The position numbers and the translations under genes are program-made. DNA of 56,985 nt, the filler included, from Basidiobolus meristosporus CBS 931.73 (lineage: Eukaryota > Fungi > Basidiobolomycota): assembly GCA_002104905.1 (NCBI GenBank). It is 3 parts of 3 records of this genome, joined end to end, with 100 filler letters (N's around TTAATTAATTAA, not from the genome) between each part and the next. Parts side by side here need not be neighbours in the genome. Positions count along the whole stretch, not along the records: positions 24,747 to 41,546 come from MCFE01001111.1; 2 more parts are not named here. One strand, 5' to 3'. Position 1 is the first letter of the stretch; each line of letters starts with the position of its first letter. Below the pieces are notes generated by a model, which saw nothing but the letters and a program-made list of their open reading frames with translations, did no database searches and was not told the origin of the DNA. Shown one piece after another: positions 24,747 to 35,244 of this stretch.

Positions 24747-25582
24747 TTGTGAAGCAGCGGGAAAACAGGGTTGATTTTCGAAAAGTACACATCCACAAGG
24801 TAAGCAAAAAGATTTGGAGACGGTAGCGCAGTAGGGTCTGGATTGATATCGACGCGGTTGATAGTTGCTGTGACTCGCGGTCTTATTTTGAAAAGGTCGT
24901 TTTGGTACTTTCGTGAGCCTTGAAGTAAGTACAGGCCAGAGCTGTTCCCGCAGTGTCTTACTCGTCCCTCATCATCCAATAACAGCTGATCTCTATTGTT
25001 GCAAATTGTTTTCACTTCAGGGTCAGTAGTAAGGGCAATGCGTTGGCTCGTTGTGGCATGCATTTCAGGTTGGGTAGTCAGTAAGTTGTCTGGCGTGTGC
25101 AAGTTCTGAGGGGGCGTACTATCATCGGATTTATCAATTGTGACGGCAGGAGTGTTGGTTACACAAGTGCCACTGGCAGTTGGAGTATCCGGAGCGTGTG
25201 AGCCTGGAAATTTTGCGTATCTGAATTCTAGTGGCTTGGCTTTGGTTGGAGTTATGATAGCGGAATCTCTGTTCTCTTCGAGTTTCCGCACTTCATGCAT
25301 AACAGCATCAACCATTTGTGGATCGTTCTGGATGAGCTCACTGAGAATGTGCTCCATTTTGTGCAGTCTACTCTCAATCGCTTCTATATAACCTTTCGGA
25401 GGTCCTCGTTTCTTCTTTATGTCGCTATAAGTACACTTTATGCCACGATACAGACAATATGAACATTCAGGATGTTCACCACCACATCGTATCTTCTTCC
25501 TACGACAACTATCACATGCTCTACTAACCCGTTGTCTTTTGTGATTATCGTCAGTACTCATACTCATATCTCCGGCATTCAT
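24747..25582 (-). CDS. Zn(II)2Cys6 (GAL4-type) fungal transcription factor, paralogue 1; only the N-terminal ~278 codons are visible
   Basis: RACDSCRRKKIRCGGEHPECSYCLYRGIKCTY; open from ATG 25582 to the gap; collinear with 34409-35244. Confidence 0.9.
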
Positions 25583-26740
25583 ATGGGCCTTAGCAGAATA
25601 TAAGACTTTCCTTGAAATAATGAATAGTTGCAGAGTTTGTATTCGAAGAAAAAATTCCAAGTGGCATGTGCTTACGTGTGAGCTTTATACGATTTATATC
25701 GGATAGATTGAACCATTAAACCTTAGAGGTATGATGGTAAAACCTACTCGGGCAAATCTACAGTGATTAAGACGTTGTTGTACCAAATTTGGTTGCCATC
25801 AAATTCCTAGCTTGCACATGAACAGCCAAGTCATGAAGATCTTGTGCCTGATTTATCCCGATTAACCTATTTTATAACCATGATGAATTCGGACGGAGAT
25901 CAATTCTGTGTTGTCTGGCACCTGACATCCGCAGGGAGGTGAATGTACCACGTCCTAGTGGGATCATCGTCGGTGGTCATTTCATAAATGAATAAATCGA
26001 TTAAATAATCCTAAAATCAGGCTGCAAAATCATTGATGTTTCACTTTCGATTTTGATTTGTCATGGTAGTTATGGTACTTTGAAAATACCAGTGGAAGAG
26101 AAAAACGGCATCAAGCTCAAAAAGCTAACGGAATTAGCAAGCGTATTTCCCACATTTTTTTGCCCATAGCTTACCAACTCTCGACATCTGTTTCAACAGC
26201 CAATAGCTTCCATTCTTCTGCTGATATCGGCTGCCCTTCCGCTTCTGTGGTTTTCCCGGGAATATTGACTAACTGTCTCAAAGATCTGTAACAGCCTAGC
26301 TTGATTAATCGATGCGATAAGCCTTAATTTCTCTTTGAGACGATGGCACAAATGCTTCTGGAAATGCGGCAAACCAAATCAATTAGGAACACAGAAGTGG
26401 TATGCAGAATTGATAGGCTACAAGAGGTGAGCGATGCTGGCTCTCCTTTCCATTCAATCCACAGGAGAGCCGCACGTGCACTCAAAAGAAGCCGGCAGAG
26501 ACTTTGCGTGCCAAAATTATCTGTGTGTTCCGAAGAAGGTTATTCAGATATGCTGAGTATTAAGCAACTGTACTTACTGAAATAAGCTGATGCTGATCGA
26601 GCAGAAATCCACTCAAAAATCCCGCTTCTGTTTTTGACTGTCAGATGCCCCAAATATATCGGGCTTGATGCATATTCCTTGTATTGTTGACAAGTATCAA
26701 GCAGTTTGTGATCTACTCAGTGCCACTGGAGCTTATTACT
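25583..26740 (-). repeat. Upstream region duplicated together with the TF gene (partner 35245-36420)
   Basis: Collinear, roughly 80-85% identical by eye with short indels, up to ...TACTCAGTGCCACTGGAG / ...TACTCCATGCCAATAGGAG. Confidence 0.9.
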
Positions 26741-26767
26741 ACTCGTTTTGGTTTTCTCAGCTTACAA

Positions 26768-29700
26768 TGCTACTGGTATATTTTTCCATTTGTATAATAT
26801 GTATGATGGCTGTGATGAAATGGGCCTGTGCCAAATCTTGGAAAATTCTGAAAAAATTCCGTGTGGGGATTTGCTAGAAATATTTTCACCAAAACATCAG
26901 GTAAACTGAACATAGAAATTCTCAAAGCTGTCCAAGCAGCCCCAACTCTTACATGCATACTCTTGTAACCTTCCTAAACATACTCTAACTGCTTGTTTGC
27001 CAAGACCATGCAAATGTACAAATATACATTTACATTCAATTAATCATTAGATGAAAACCACATAATCTAGTTTTTCTCCCAATCACTTCCAGTATTTCAA
27101 AGACTCTCACAAATGGCTATGAGCCCCAAGCAGTCACTCTTTGGAGTATCTACTTTTGTTGTTACTGGAATTTCTCCCTCTGCTGCAAAGTTGCATAGAA
27201 CACTTGATGCAGTGGGAGAAGGAACTATCCTAGTAAACATTAAAAGCAGTGAAGGAAGCAATGCATTGACCTTTAAAGAAGTACTCTATGTACCAGAAAT
27301 AGCCAAGAACCTACTATCTGCAAGCAAGGCCACTGCAGAAGGACTCAGCTTCAGCTTAAACAATTCTGGATGCAGGATCACTGATCAAAATGGTGCCCAC
27401 ATTGCTTCAGGTATCAGATATCAGAATCTATACTGGTTGACTTTTATTCCATCATATCTGGAAGTCAATATAGGTAACTTGGGTGAAGAAGCATCAATGC
27501 TTTGGCACAAGAGTTCTTGACACATCAATTTGGATTATTTGCACAAAATGATCAGAGATCAGCAAATTTCTGCAGTTAAAATTGATCTCCCAGCTAATTT
27601 AGAGCACTTTGAAGCCTGCATATATGGGAAACAAGCCAGACAACTGTTCAGGAGCTCTGGGTTAATCAAAACTAAGAAAAAATTAGATCTAACTCACTCA
27701 GATCTGTGTGGACTGATGCCAAATTTATCCTTAGGCAGGATGAAGTATTTGATCACTTTTATTAATCATTTAACAAGATACCCATGGGTCTACTTCATGA
27801 AGAGGAAGGAAAAAGCACTGCCTAAGTACAGGGAGTTCAAAGCTATGGTGGAGGGAGAAACTGGTGAAAGAATCAACAAAATATGCTCCAACAATGGTGG
27901 AGAATATACCTCAAAACTGCTCATCCAACTCTGCAAAATTCATGGGATAAGATAAAAGACTACTGTACCATACTCTCCACAGCAATATGAAGTAGCAGAA
28001 TATGCAAACCAATCTACAATTGATACTGCAAGATCCATGATTCATGATCTGTTTATCTTATGATATTTGGGTGGAATCAGTTGCCACAGTTGATTACCTT
28101 AAAATAGGAGCTTTAACAGAATACTTAGTAATTTTACTCCATTTGAATCATGGTATAGATACAGACCAAGTGCAGAACATCTAAGAATATTTGGGTGCAT
28201 AGTATATTCCATGAAACTGCTTGGAAGTAAGTTGAGACTTGTGCCAAAAAGTGTAGAATGCATATTTTTGGGCTACTGCAATGAGTAAGGCATACAGACT
28301 CTGCAATACCAAAGTAAAGAGGCTGATCATTAATGGGGATTTGTTGATAGATGAAGGTTCAAAATTCTCACATTAAATGACATCAGATGATGACAAAAAT
28401 TTGATCTCAAGTCCACCAACAATCAGCATTGAATCAGAGCAAAACAATGAAACCTTTTATACTCCAGGGGACTCTACAAACATGATCCAGCCTGAATCAG
28501 TGCCCAGGAATATCCAAGAAGTGAGCATGCTAGTATCAAATGCCCAGAGATCCAACTGGAAAAGAAATAGCCCATATTATCATATCAATGAGGGTATAAA
28601 CTTAGCCTATGCCTATTCAGTCCATATTGCTGAGCCCCAAACTGCAAAGTAGGCCCTAAGTAGCCCTCAGACAAAGCTTTGGAGATCTGCAATAACTGAG
28701 GGATATCAGGCCCTGATGAAAATCAAACTTGGGACTTAGTCAAATTGCCAATCAACCAATAATCAAATGGATGCAGATTGGTCTTAAAGACAAAATACAA
28801 GGCTGATGGTATAATTGAAAGATACAAAGCAAGATTTGTGGCCAAAGGATGATCTTAAACAAAAGGACTGACTATATTAAGACCTTTACACTGATAGCCA
28901 AGTTAAATTCAATCAGATTAATATTGGCCATTGCAGCCAAATATAAGTTTTTTATACATCAAATGGATGTAAAATCTGCATTTTGAATGGAAAACTCCAT
29001 GAGGACCTGTTTATAGACCAGCCTGATGGGCTTGTGGACAAAGATGACCCCATTTGGTCTACAAGCTTAAAAAATTTCTTCATGGTCTCAAACAGTCACC
29101 AAAAGCCTGGAATTGCAGGATAGATTCTTATTTGGAGTCTTTGAATTTTAAAGGAGTAATTCTGACTATAATATATACTACAAGCCAGAGAGAGCAAATC
29201 CAGCTCTATTATCTGGATTGTGAATGATTGTATTATAGCTGCTAATAACCTAAAAACATTGGAAGAGACTGAATCCTGCCTATATAAAGAGTTCAAGATG
29301 TCCAATCTAGGAGGACTAGGCTACTACTTAGGGATAGAGTTCTCAATAGACAAAGATACCTATACTATCCTCCTAAGCCAATCAAACCATTTTCAAGATA
29401 CACTAAAGAAGTACTAAATGGAAGACTGTAAACTGGCAGCTACCCCGATGGTGACAAACCTCAATTTGGTCAAAACTCAACCAAATCAAGAGAGCTTGGT
29501 GCCATCTGAAAGCCCTGACTTTTCTTATCAGTCTATGGCTGGCAGTATGATGTACAGCATGCTTGTAACATGTCCCAATTTCTCATATTCAGTGGGAGTT
29601 GTCAGACAACATAATCAGAACTATGGATCTGATCATATTGCAGCAGTTAAGCAGATTTTTAGATACCTAAAAGGAGCTGCTGATATCTACTTAAGGTACT

Positions 29701-30556
29701 CCAATACGGATTCAGAACAAGATCTTATGGGATGCTCTGATGCTGATTGGGGACAAAATTCAGAAGATAGAAGATCCACCACAGGATACACCTTTCCTTA
29801 CTGTCAAGGAACAATTTTGTGGAATTCATGAAAGGAACCAACTGTGGCACTTTGTACCACAGAGGCAGAATATATGGCAGCCTGTGAAGCTAGAAAAGAA
29901 GCAATATGGTTAAGAAAGCTTTTTACAGATTTAGGCCTATGTCAAAAAATGCCTATTACTTTATTTCAAAACAATCAGGGATGTATACAATTAGGTAGAA
30001 AACCAAATTTTCATGCTAGAACTAAGCACATATATATTAGACATCATTTTATACATGAAGCTATAGAGAGTAACTTAGCTTAGCTTAGCTTACCATCTTT
30101 CAGATGAAATGATTGCAGACATATTTACTAAATCATTAGCTAGTGACAAGTTTGAATATCTTAGGTCAAAATTAGGACTAGTCAGTATGAGCATTTAGCT
30201 AAGTAGGAGTGTTTTAAAAATATGTAGTTCCACCTAAATATTCACCTAACCTAGTCACTTAGGTCATTACCTTCAAATTCTAGAGAATACTAACCAAATT
30301 CCTTGTTGGGATTTACTTAGAATATTTTCACCAGAATACCAGGTACCCAGAACATGAAAATTCTCAAAGCTATCCAAACAGCCTCAAACTTTGCACACAT
30401 ATTCTTGGGACCTTTCTTAATCATTCTCATGTTTCTTATGCAAAGACTATGTAGAAGTATAAATACCACTTTTACATCCAATAAATCATTAAGTGAAAAC
30501 CACATAATCAACTTGTCCTCCCAATCACTACCAATATATCCAAGACTCTTACAACA
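26768..30556 (+). mobile_element. Copia A copy 3, gag-deleted and degenerate (5' LTR ~26768-27114; 3' LTR 30210-30556)
   Basis: PBS GGCTATGAGCCC at 27115; gag start joined directly to the pre-integrase region at ~27195; integrase/RT/RNase H fragments; PPT AGTAGGAG before 30210. LTRs are strongly diverged and there is no TSD. Confidence 0.88.
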
Positions 30557-30619
30557 GAGTTGTGGGCTTAGAGAAAGCTGGAGTTCAGCTAAAAATATAA
30601 CAGTACTCTTGTGGCTTTG

Positions 30620-32040
30620 AGTTGATTTCTTATCATGGGGTTTGTGAACATGTTCCTGGGATCATTCAGAGCACATTGCAAGCATAGATTTTCCAAGGCC
30701 TTTTAGAAGTACAAGAACCACCTTCATAGTGCATATTTAATCCAATGGCAGCATATAATCTCTAGGCTTTCCCATACTAAAGCATTGTATACATTTTGAA
30801 AAACCCATGCAATATTTGACAAACATCTTAATTTATTTTAAATGCTAAGATAAGCAAAATATGTACTCCTGCGGCTTTAACATGTATACCTATGGGCATA
30901 AACATTTACACTCGCCCATTGGTACACTTTCTGGTCTTTTTGCAAATTTGATGGACATACACAAAGAGAACAAATTTAAAACAAGATAACGCGACGAAAA
31001 AGATATATACACATAGCTTATTTCAGATCGTACACAAAACACACTTAAAATCTGCTCCAACAATTGCTACGGCATTATGGCATTTAAAAAAATCCAAATA
31101 TTTTGATTTCGATCGCGCCAAATCCATTACCCGAATGGGGAGAGATATCTGGACCTGATGGTCACTCATATATCCAGTAATTACCCGGTTAAAGTTATCT
31201 ACGGTGATACAGATTCATGCATGACCCGATTATATACAATCGTGTCACACAATCTGCAAAGATGTTACAAGTATGCACCCTCAACCCATGGCTCCCAACT
31301 TTGAAGAATATTATGACAAAATTATTCTCATGACCAAAAAACGATCTATTATGTACAAAAATCCAAATCTTAAATACAAAGATGTTACGAACGTTCGCCA
31401 AGGATATTGCCAATTTGCCAAAAATATTTACAGCAGTACCATTACTGACACGGTCAACAACATTCCTAAAGAACAAGTTGTTTCCAGCGTTGATATCATC
31501 TTACAGATCTTCCATGAAAAAATCACCCCCTTGAACTTTCAATTATGAATAAATCCGTTAAAAATTTGTATGAGTACTAGGACGCACCTTCTCAGGTTCT
31601 TATGGCCAAACGGTTGATCGCCAATGGTGCTCATAAATATTACTATTAAAATGGATTTTAGACAGGTACGTATGTAACTTCATATCCTCTTACTTCTCAG
31701 CTTTTACAGCCCCAAAGAAAGCTCCACACTAATATCCGAGATTTTGACACAGGCTAATATCGCAGCAACAACAGTTACGCGTAACATCAGCTATCCGCAA
31801 CGTAATACTGGCCTAGAAATCGCAGATAAAAACGGCAACTTGCAATCGAATCTTGGTTTACGGGTCACAGTATTCCAGTCCAACCAATTTGGCAAACATA
31901 TCAAATCATCTTTTTTCAACCCAAGTTGGTAATATTTACATGTTCTATATGAATATGGGAATACCAGATAGATAGATCCTGATGTTTATTTCTATAGAAA
32001 TCTACTATAGAGGCGTTTCCCAACAGCAAGGCAGATAAGG
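30620..32040 (+). pseudogene. polB: Family-B DNA polymerase relic (polymerase and thumb domains), probably of large DNA virus origin
   Basis: Stitching frames gives FQGLLEVQEPPS*CIFNPMAAYNL*AFPY*SI (decayed motif A region, from 30691), GTLSGLFANLMDIHKENK (30921), DRTQNTLKICSNNCYGIMAF (motif B, KICSNNCYG 31047-31073), FDRAKSITRMGR, VIYGDTDSCM (YGDTDS 31200-31217), PMAPNFEEYYDKIILMTKKR...KYKDVTNVRQGYCQFAK, IMNKSVKNLYEY*DAPSQVLMAKRLIANG and IDPDVYFYRNLL, in canonical order and spacing. Confidence 0.88.
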
Positions 32041-32565
32041 TCACCAACCATAGCACACTCGGCACCGGAAACATAGTTGGTTGGTGGTACTAGTATTTTC
32101 CGAGGGAGATGGTGGGTGATCTATCAATGTTTGGCTGGGGGGAGGGAGTGAGCCAATATATCTATTTAGAGAAGCTACAAGATTCATGTTTGTCTCCACT
32201 GGGGTTGTTGTGGGTCCACAGCCAGTACTCTTTCCTATTATTGATGGCTTCACCATACACTTCATACTTGTCATTTGAGAATCCCTAATTAGGTTCGGGG
32301 GCCCAGCATACCAATTTTGCCAGCTATTTGAGAATCTCTTATTGCCCATACTGGGAATGTCTTTGGGGGCTGGTATATTTTACATTACGTTGTTGTAGAG
32401 GGCCGGTCATGGGTTCTGCGTATGGGCATATTTAACATAAAATAAGATCAATTAGATTTTACACTGCGAAGACTCCAACAAGATTGGTATGTGACGTATA
32501 TATATACAAAGCGTACAGAGACACATTGAGCGCACAGGCTTCCAAGGATATTTGCAATCACTACT

Positions 32566-35244
32566 CTAATGGCTGATAAGATCGTAGGCGATTGCCAACT
32601 CGGCACCAGAAACATATTCAGTTGTTTGAAGTGTGCTCATGGGTCTAGTGTTCCTTAAGGAAGAGGAAGATTGAAGGCCAGATTCAATAGTAGGCCTATA
32701 AGTGTATGGATAGGTGGATGTGAAAGTGCATCCATCAAGTACTGATGAGAAATTGGTGGTTGCCTCTGCTGTGCTGCTTGTCGTGGGTCCACGGTCAAAT
32801 GGGTTAGTTATGGCCGTTGCAACACATTGAATAATGTAATCGTTCCACTCATTGAAATTGGAGCCCATCCCATGAGCTCTGGAGGTGGTATCGTCGAATT
32901 TCCCCCTGATTCCAGTTGTGTTGGGGACGAACAATGCAGGATTGAGCGTACTGGTGCCTAGAATGCCACTATTTTTGGCTTGTTCAAAGGCTCCGGGTAT
33001 GGCATACGGGTCCAAAGTAGCTATGATATCCAAGTTGGGCGAGGTACGTTCTTCAATAACCTTAAAAGCACCTTCTACGTAGGGAGGTATACCTGAAAAC
33101 CCCATGGTAAGGCTTGTAGGATAAAGGGGTGTTCTTACTAAGTCATCATTTTTTAGGATGAGACCTAGCAAGTATTGATTTTGCTGGATTCTAGCACGCG
33201 ACTGATCCCTATAGATGTCATCGGGCCTGGCTGATTGCGAATCAATGGTCGATGACTCAACACCAGTTTCTTGCTTGGGAGTGACATTACTTTCCACTAT
33301 TAGGTCAGACAGAATGGTGTAATATCTTCCAGCATACCCACATCGCTCTCGGATTTGCTTGAGCGTTTCTAGGTTCTTGAATAAGCTAGCTCGTGACAAA
33401 TTGGCAATCCGTTGATCGGACGACTTTGCTTGTAAAAGAAGTATCGTGCTCGCAGTGAAGATTGGGAACAGCAGAAATAAAGCTATCTCTGATGCTCCAG
33501 GGCAGCTCACACATGAGGTCACAATACTGGTCAGATTGTTTGCTGCATCCGTGCAGATCTGGGACGAGGAGGACTGGGAGGTAGATGAGGATTCAGGTCT
33601 CAGTACGAAGGGGCGGTGTAGTAAAATCAATGCACAGTGATACCAGGTATGGGCGTAGATAAGTGTGGGGCTTTTAGGTGGATTCCCTGTGCCATAGTTT
33701 GCAGGAACGTAGGCAAGATCAGCTGGCAATGAGTTTAACCACACATTAAGCTGAGAATCTAGATCTATTAAACTCGTGCGGAATTTCTGGTAGTTTCTGG
33801 TTTTTGGGGTTCTAACTATATACATGGTGCTCAAAATACGGCCAATCAGTTCGTGAAGCTTTATCACCTCATGGAATGGCCTTAAGGATAGCCCGGTGCG
33901 CGGAGAGACATCGACTGTTGCCAATAGGTCGTCGTTCGTTAAGGATGGCAGCGGTGTATCAAACTGCTGGTCATCAATAGACACAGGCCTCCCTACGCAT
34001 ACACTAGAGAACCGATCTATCAGGTAGCACACCCACCAGGTCCGCTTTCTTGTTTCCTTCTCTGCTGTTGTTAGCTTGATGTTCCATATATCGGGGTCGC
34101 GATGCAGGCCGAGGTCTTCAGCCATTCTAATGGCCATGCCACTGTACATCCACGATTTCATCCCACCTTGAGAAAGGTGGTAATAGATGGACATCAGTGC
34201 CAAACCTTGCGCGTTCTCTATTGAACTGGCATTGTATGCTTGATCCAACAAAGTCCGTGCCTTCTTAAAGAAACCTTCCGCATCCAGATTCTCCTTGTTC
34301 AATATGCTCTCGGATGATATTAGGGCGGCAGAAAGTGAAAACATCGCATTCACGAGAAAATACGGCATTTCTTGTTCATTTTGATTTAGGCGCTCCATGA
34401 ACTCCTCTTTGTGAAGCAGCGGGAAAACAGGGTTGATTTTCAAAAAGTACACATCCACAAGGTAAGCAAAAAGATTTGGAGACGGTAGCGCAGTAGGATC
34501 TGGATTGATATCGACGCGGTTGATAGTTGCTGTGACTCGCGGTCTTATTTTGAAAATATCATTTTGGTACTTTTGTGAGTCTTGGAGTAAATATAGGCCA
34601 GAGCTTTTCCCGCAGTGTCTTACTCGTCCCTCATCATCTAGCAACAGCTGATCTCTATTGTTCCAAATTTTTTCCACTTCCGGGTCAGTAGTAAGGGTAA
34701 TGCGTTGACTCGTTGTGGCATGCATTTCGGGCTGGGTAGTCAGTAGGCTGTCTGATGTGGGCAAGTTCTGAGGGGGCGTACTATCATCGGATTTATCAAT
34801 TGTGACGGCAGGAGTGTTGGTTACACAAGTGCCACTGGCAGATGGAGTATCCGGAGCGTGTGAGCCTGGAAATTTTGCGTATCTGAATTCTAGTGGCTTG
34901 GCTTTGGGTGGAGTTTTGATAGCGGAATCTCTGTTTTCTTCGAGTTTCCGTACTTCATGCATAACAACATCAGCAATTTGTGGATCGTTCTGGATGAGCT
35001 CACTAAGAATGTGCTCCATTTTGTGCAGTCTACTCTCAATCGCTTCTATAATACCTTTCGGAGGTCCTCGTTTCTTCTTTATGTCGTTATAAGTACACTT
35101 TATGCCACAATACAGACAATTTGAACATTCAGGATGTTCACCATCGCATCGTATCTTCTTCCTACGACAACCATCGCATGCTCTAATGACCCGTTGTCTT
35201 TTGTGATTATCTTCAGTACTCATACTCATATCTCCGGCATTCAT
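32566..35244 (-). CDS. Zn(II)2Cys6 fungal transcription factor with fungal-specific TF (middle homology) domain, paralogue 2; intronless, ~892 aa
   Basis: RACDGCRRKKIRCDGEHPECSNC...KCTY; FPLLHK, AIRMAEDLGLHRDP, RKRTWWVCYLIDR; uninterrupted ORF from ATG 35244 (start shared with paralogue 1). Confidence 0.95.
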   Translation of the reverse strand: MNAGDMSMSTEDNHKRQRVIRACDGCRRKKIRCDGEHPECSNCLYCGIKCTYNDIKKKRGPPKGIIEAIESRLHKMEHILSELIQNDPQIADVVMHEVRKLEENRDSAIKTPPKAKPLEFRYAKFPGSHAPDTPSASGTCVTNTPAVTIDKSDDSTPPQNLPTSDSLLTTQPEMHATTSQRITLTTDPEVEKIWNNRDQLLLDDEGRVRHCGKSSGLYLLQDSQKYQNDIFKIRPRVTATINRVDINPDPTALPSPNLFAYLVDVYFLKINPVFPLLHKEEFMERLNQNEQEMPYFLVNAMFSLSAALISSESILNKENLDAEGFFKKARTLLDQAYNASSIENAQGLALMSIYYHLSQGGMKSWMYSGMAIRMAEDLGLHRDPDIWNIKLTTAEKETRKRTWWVCYLIDRFSSVCVGRPVSIDDQQFDTPLPSLTNDDLLATVDVSPRTGLSLRPFHEVIKLHELIGRILSTMYIVRTPKTRNYQKFRTSLIDLDSQLNVWLNSLPADLAYVPANYGTGNPPKSPTLIYAHTWYHCALILLHRPFVLRPESSSTSQSSSSQICTDAANNLTSIVTSCVSCPGASEIALFLLFPIFTASTILLLQAKSSDQRIANLSRASLFKNLETLKQIRERCGYAGRYYTILSDLIVESNVTPKQETGVESSTIDSQSARPDDIYRDQSRARIQQNQYLLGLILKNDDLVRTPLYPTSLTMGFSGIPPYVEGAFKVIEERTSPNLDIIATLDPYAIPGAFEQAKNSGILGTSTLNPALFVPNTTGIRGKFDDTTSRAHGMGSNFNEWNDYIIQCVATAITNPFDRGPTTSSTAEATTNFSSVLDGCTFTSTYPYTYRPTIESGLQSSSSLRNTRPMSTLQTTEYVSGAELAIAYDLISH

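Noticed and set aside
24695-25660. ORF-track 321-aa protein with extended N-terminus and X tail
   Set aside because: It runs into Ns and starts at a non-ATG codon not shared with the paralogue; trimmed to 24747-25582.
31195-31476. Minus-strand 93-aa ORF
   Set aside because: Antisense shadow of the polB relic; no motif.
30620-32040. Interpretation of polB as a Polinton/Maverick or linear-plasmid protein-primed polymerase
   Set aside because: The motif set (FE..Y...KKR, VR..C, thumb with ID..YF) fits RNA-primed PolB; no TIRs, integrase, ATPase or capsid gene seen nearby.
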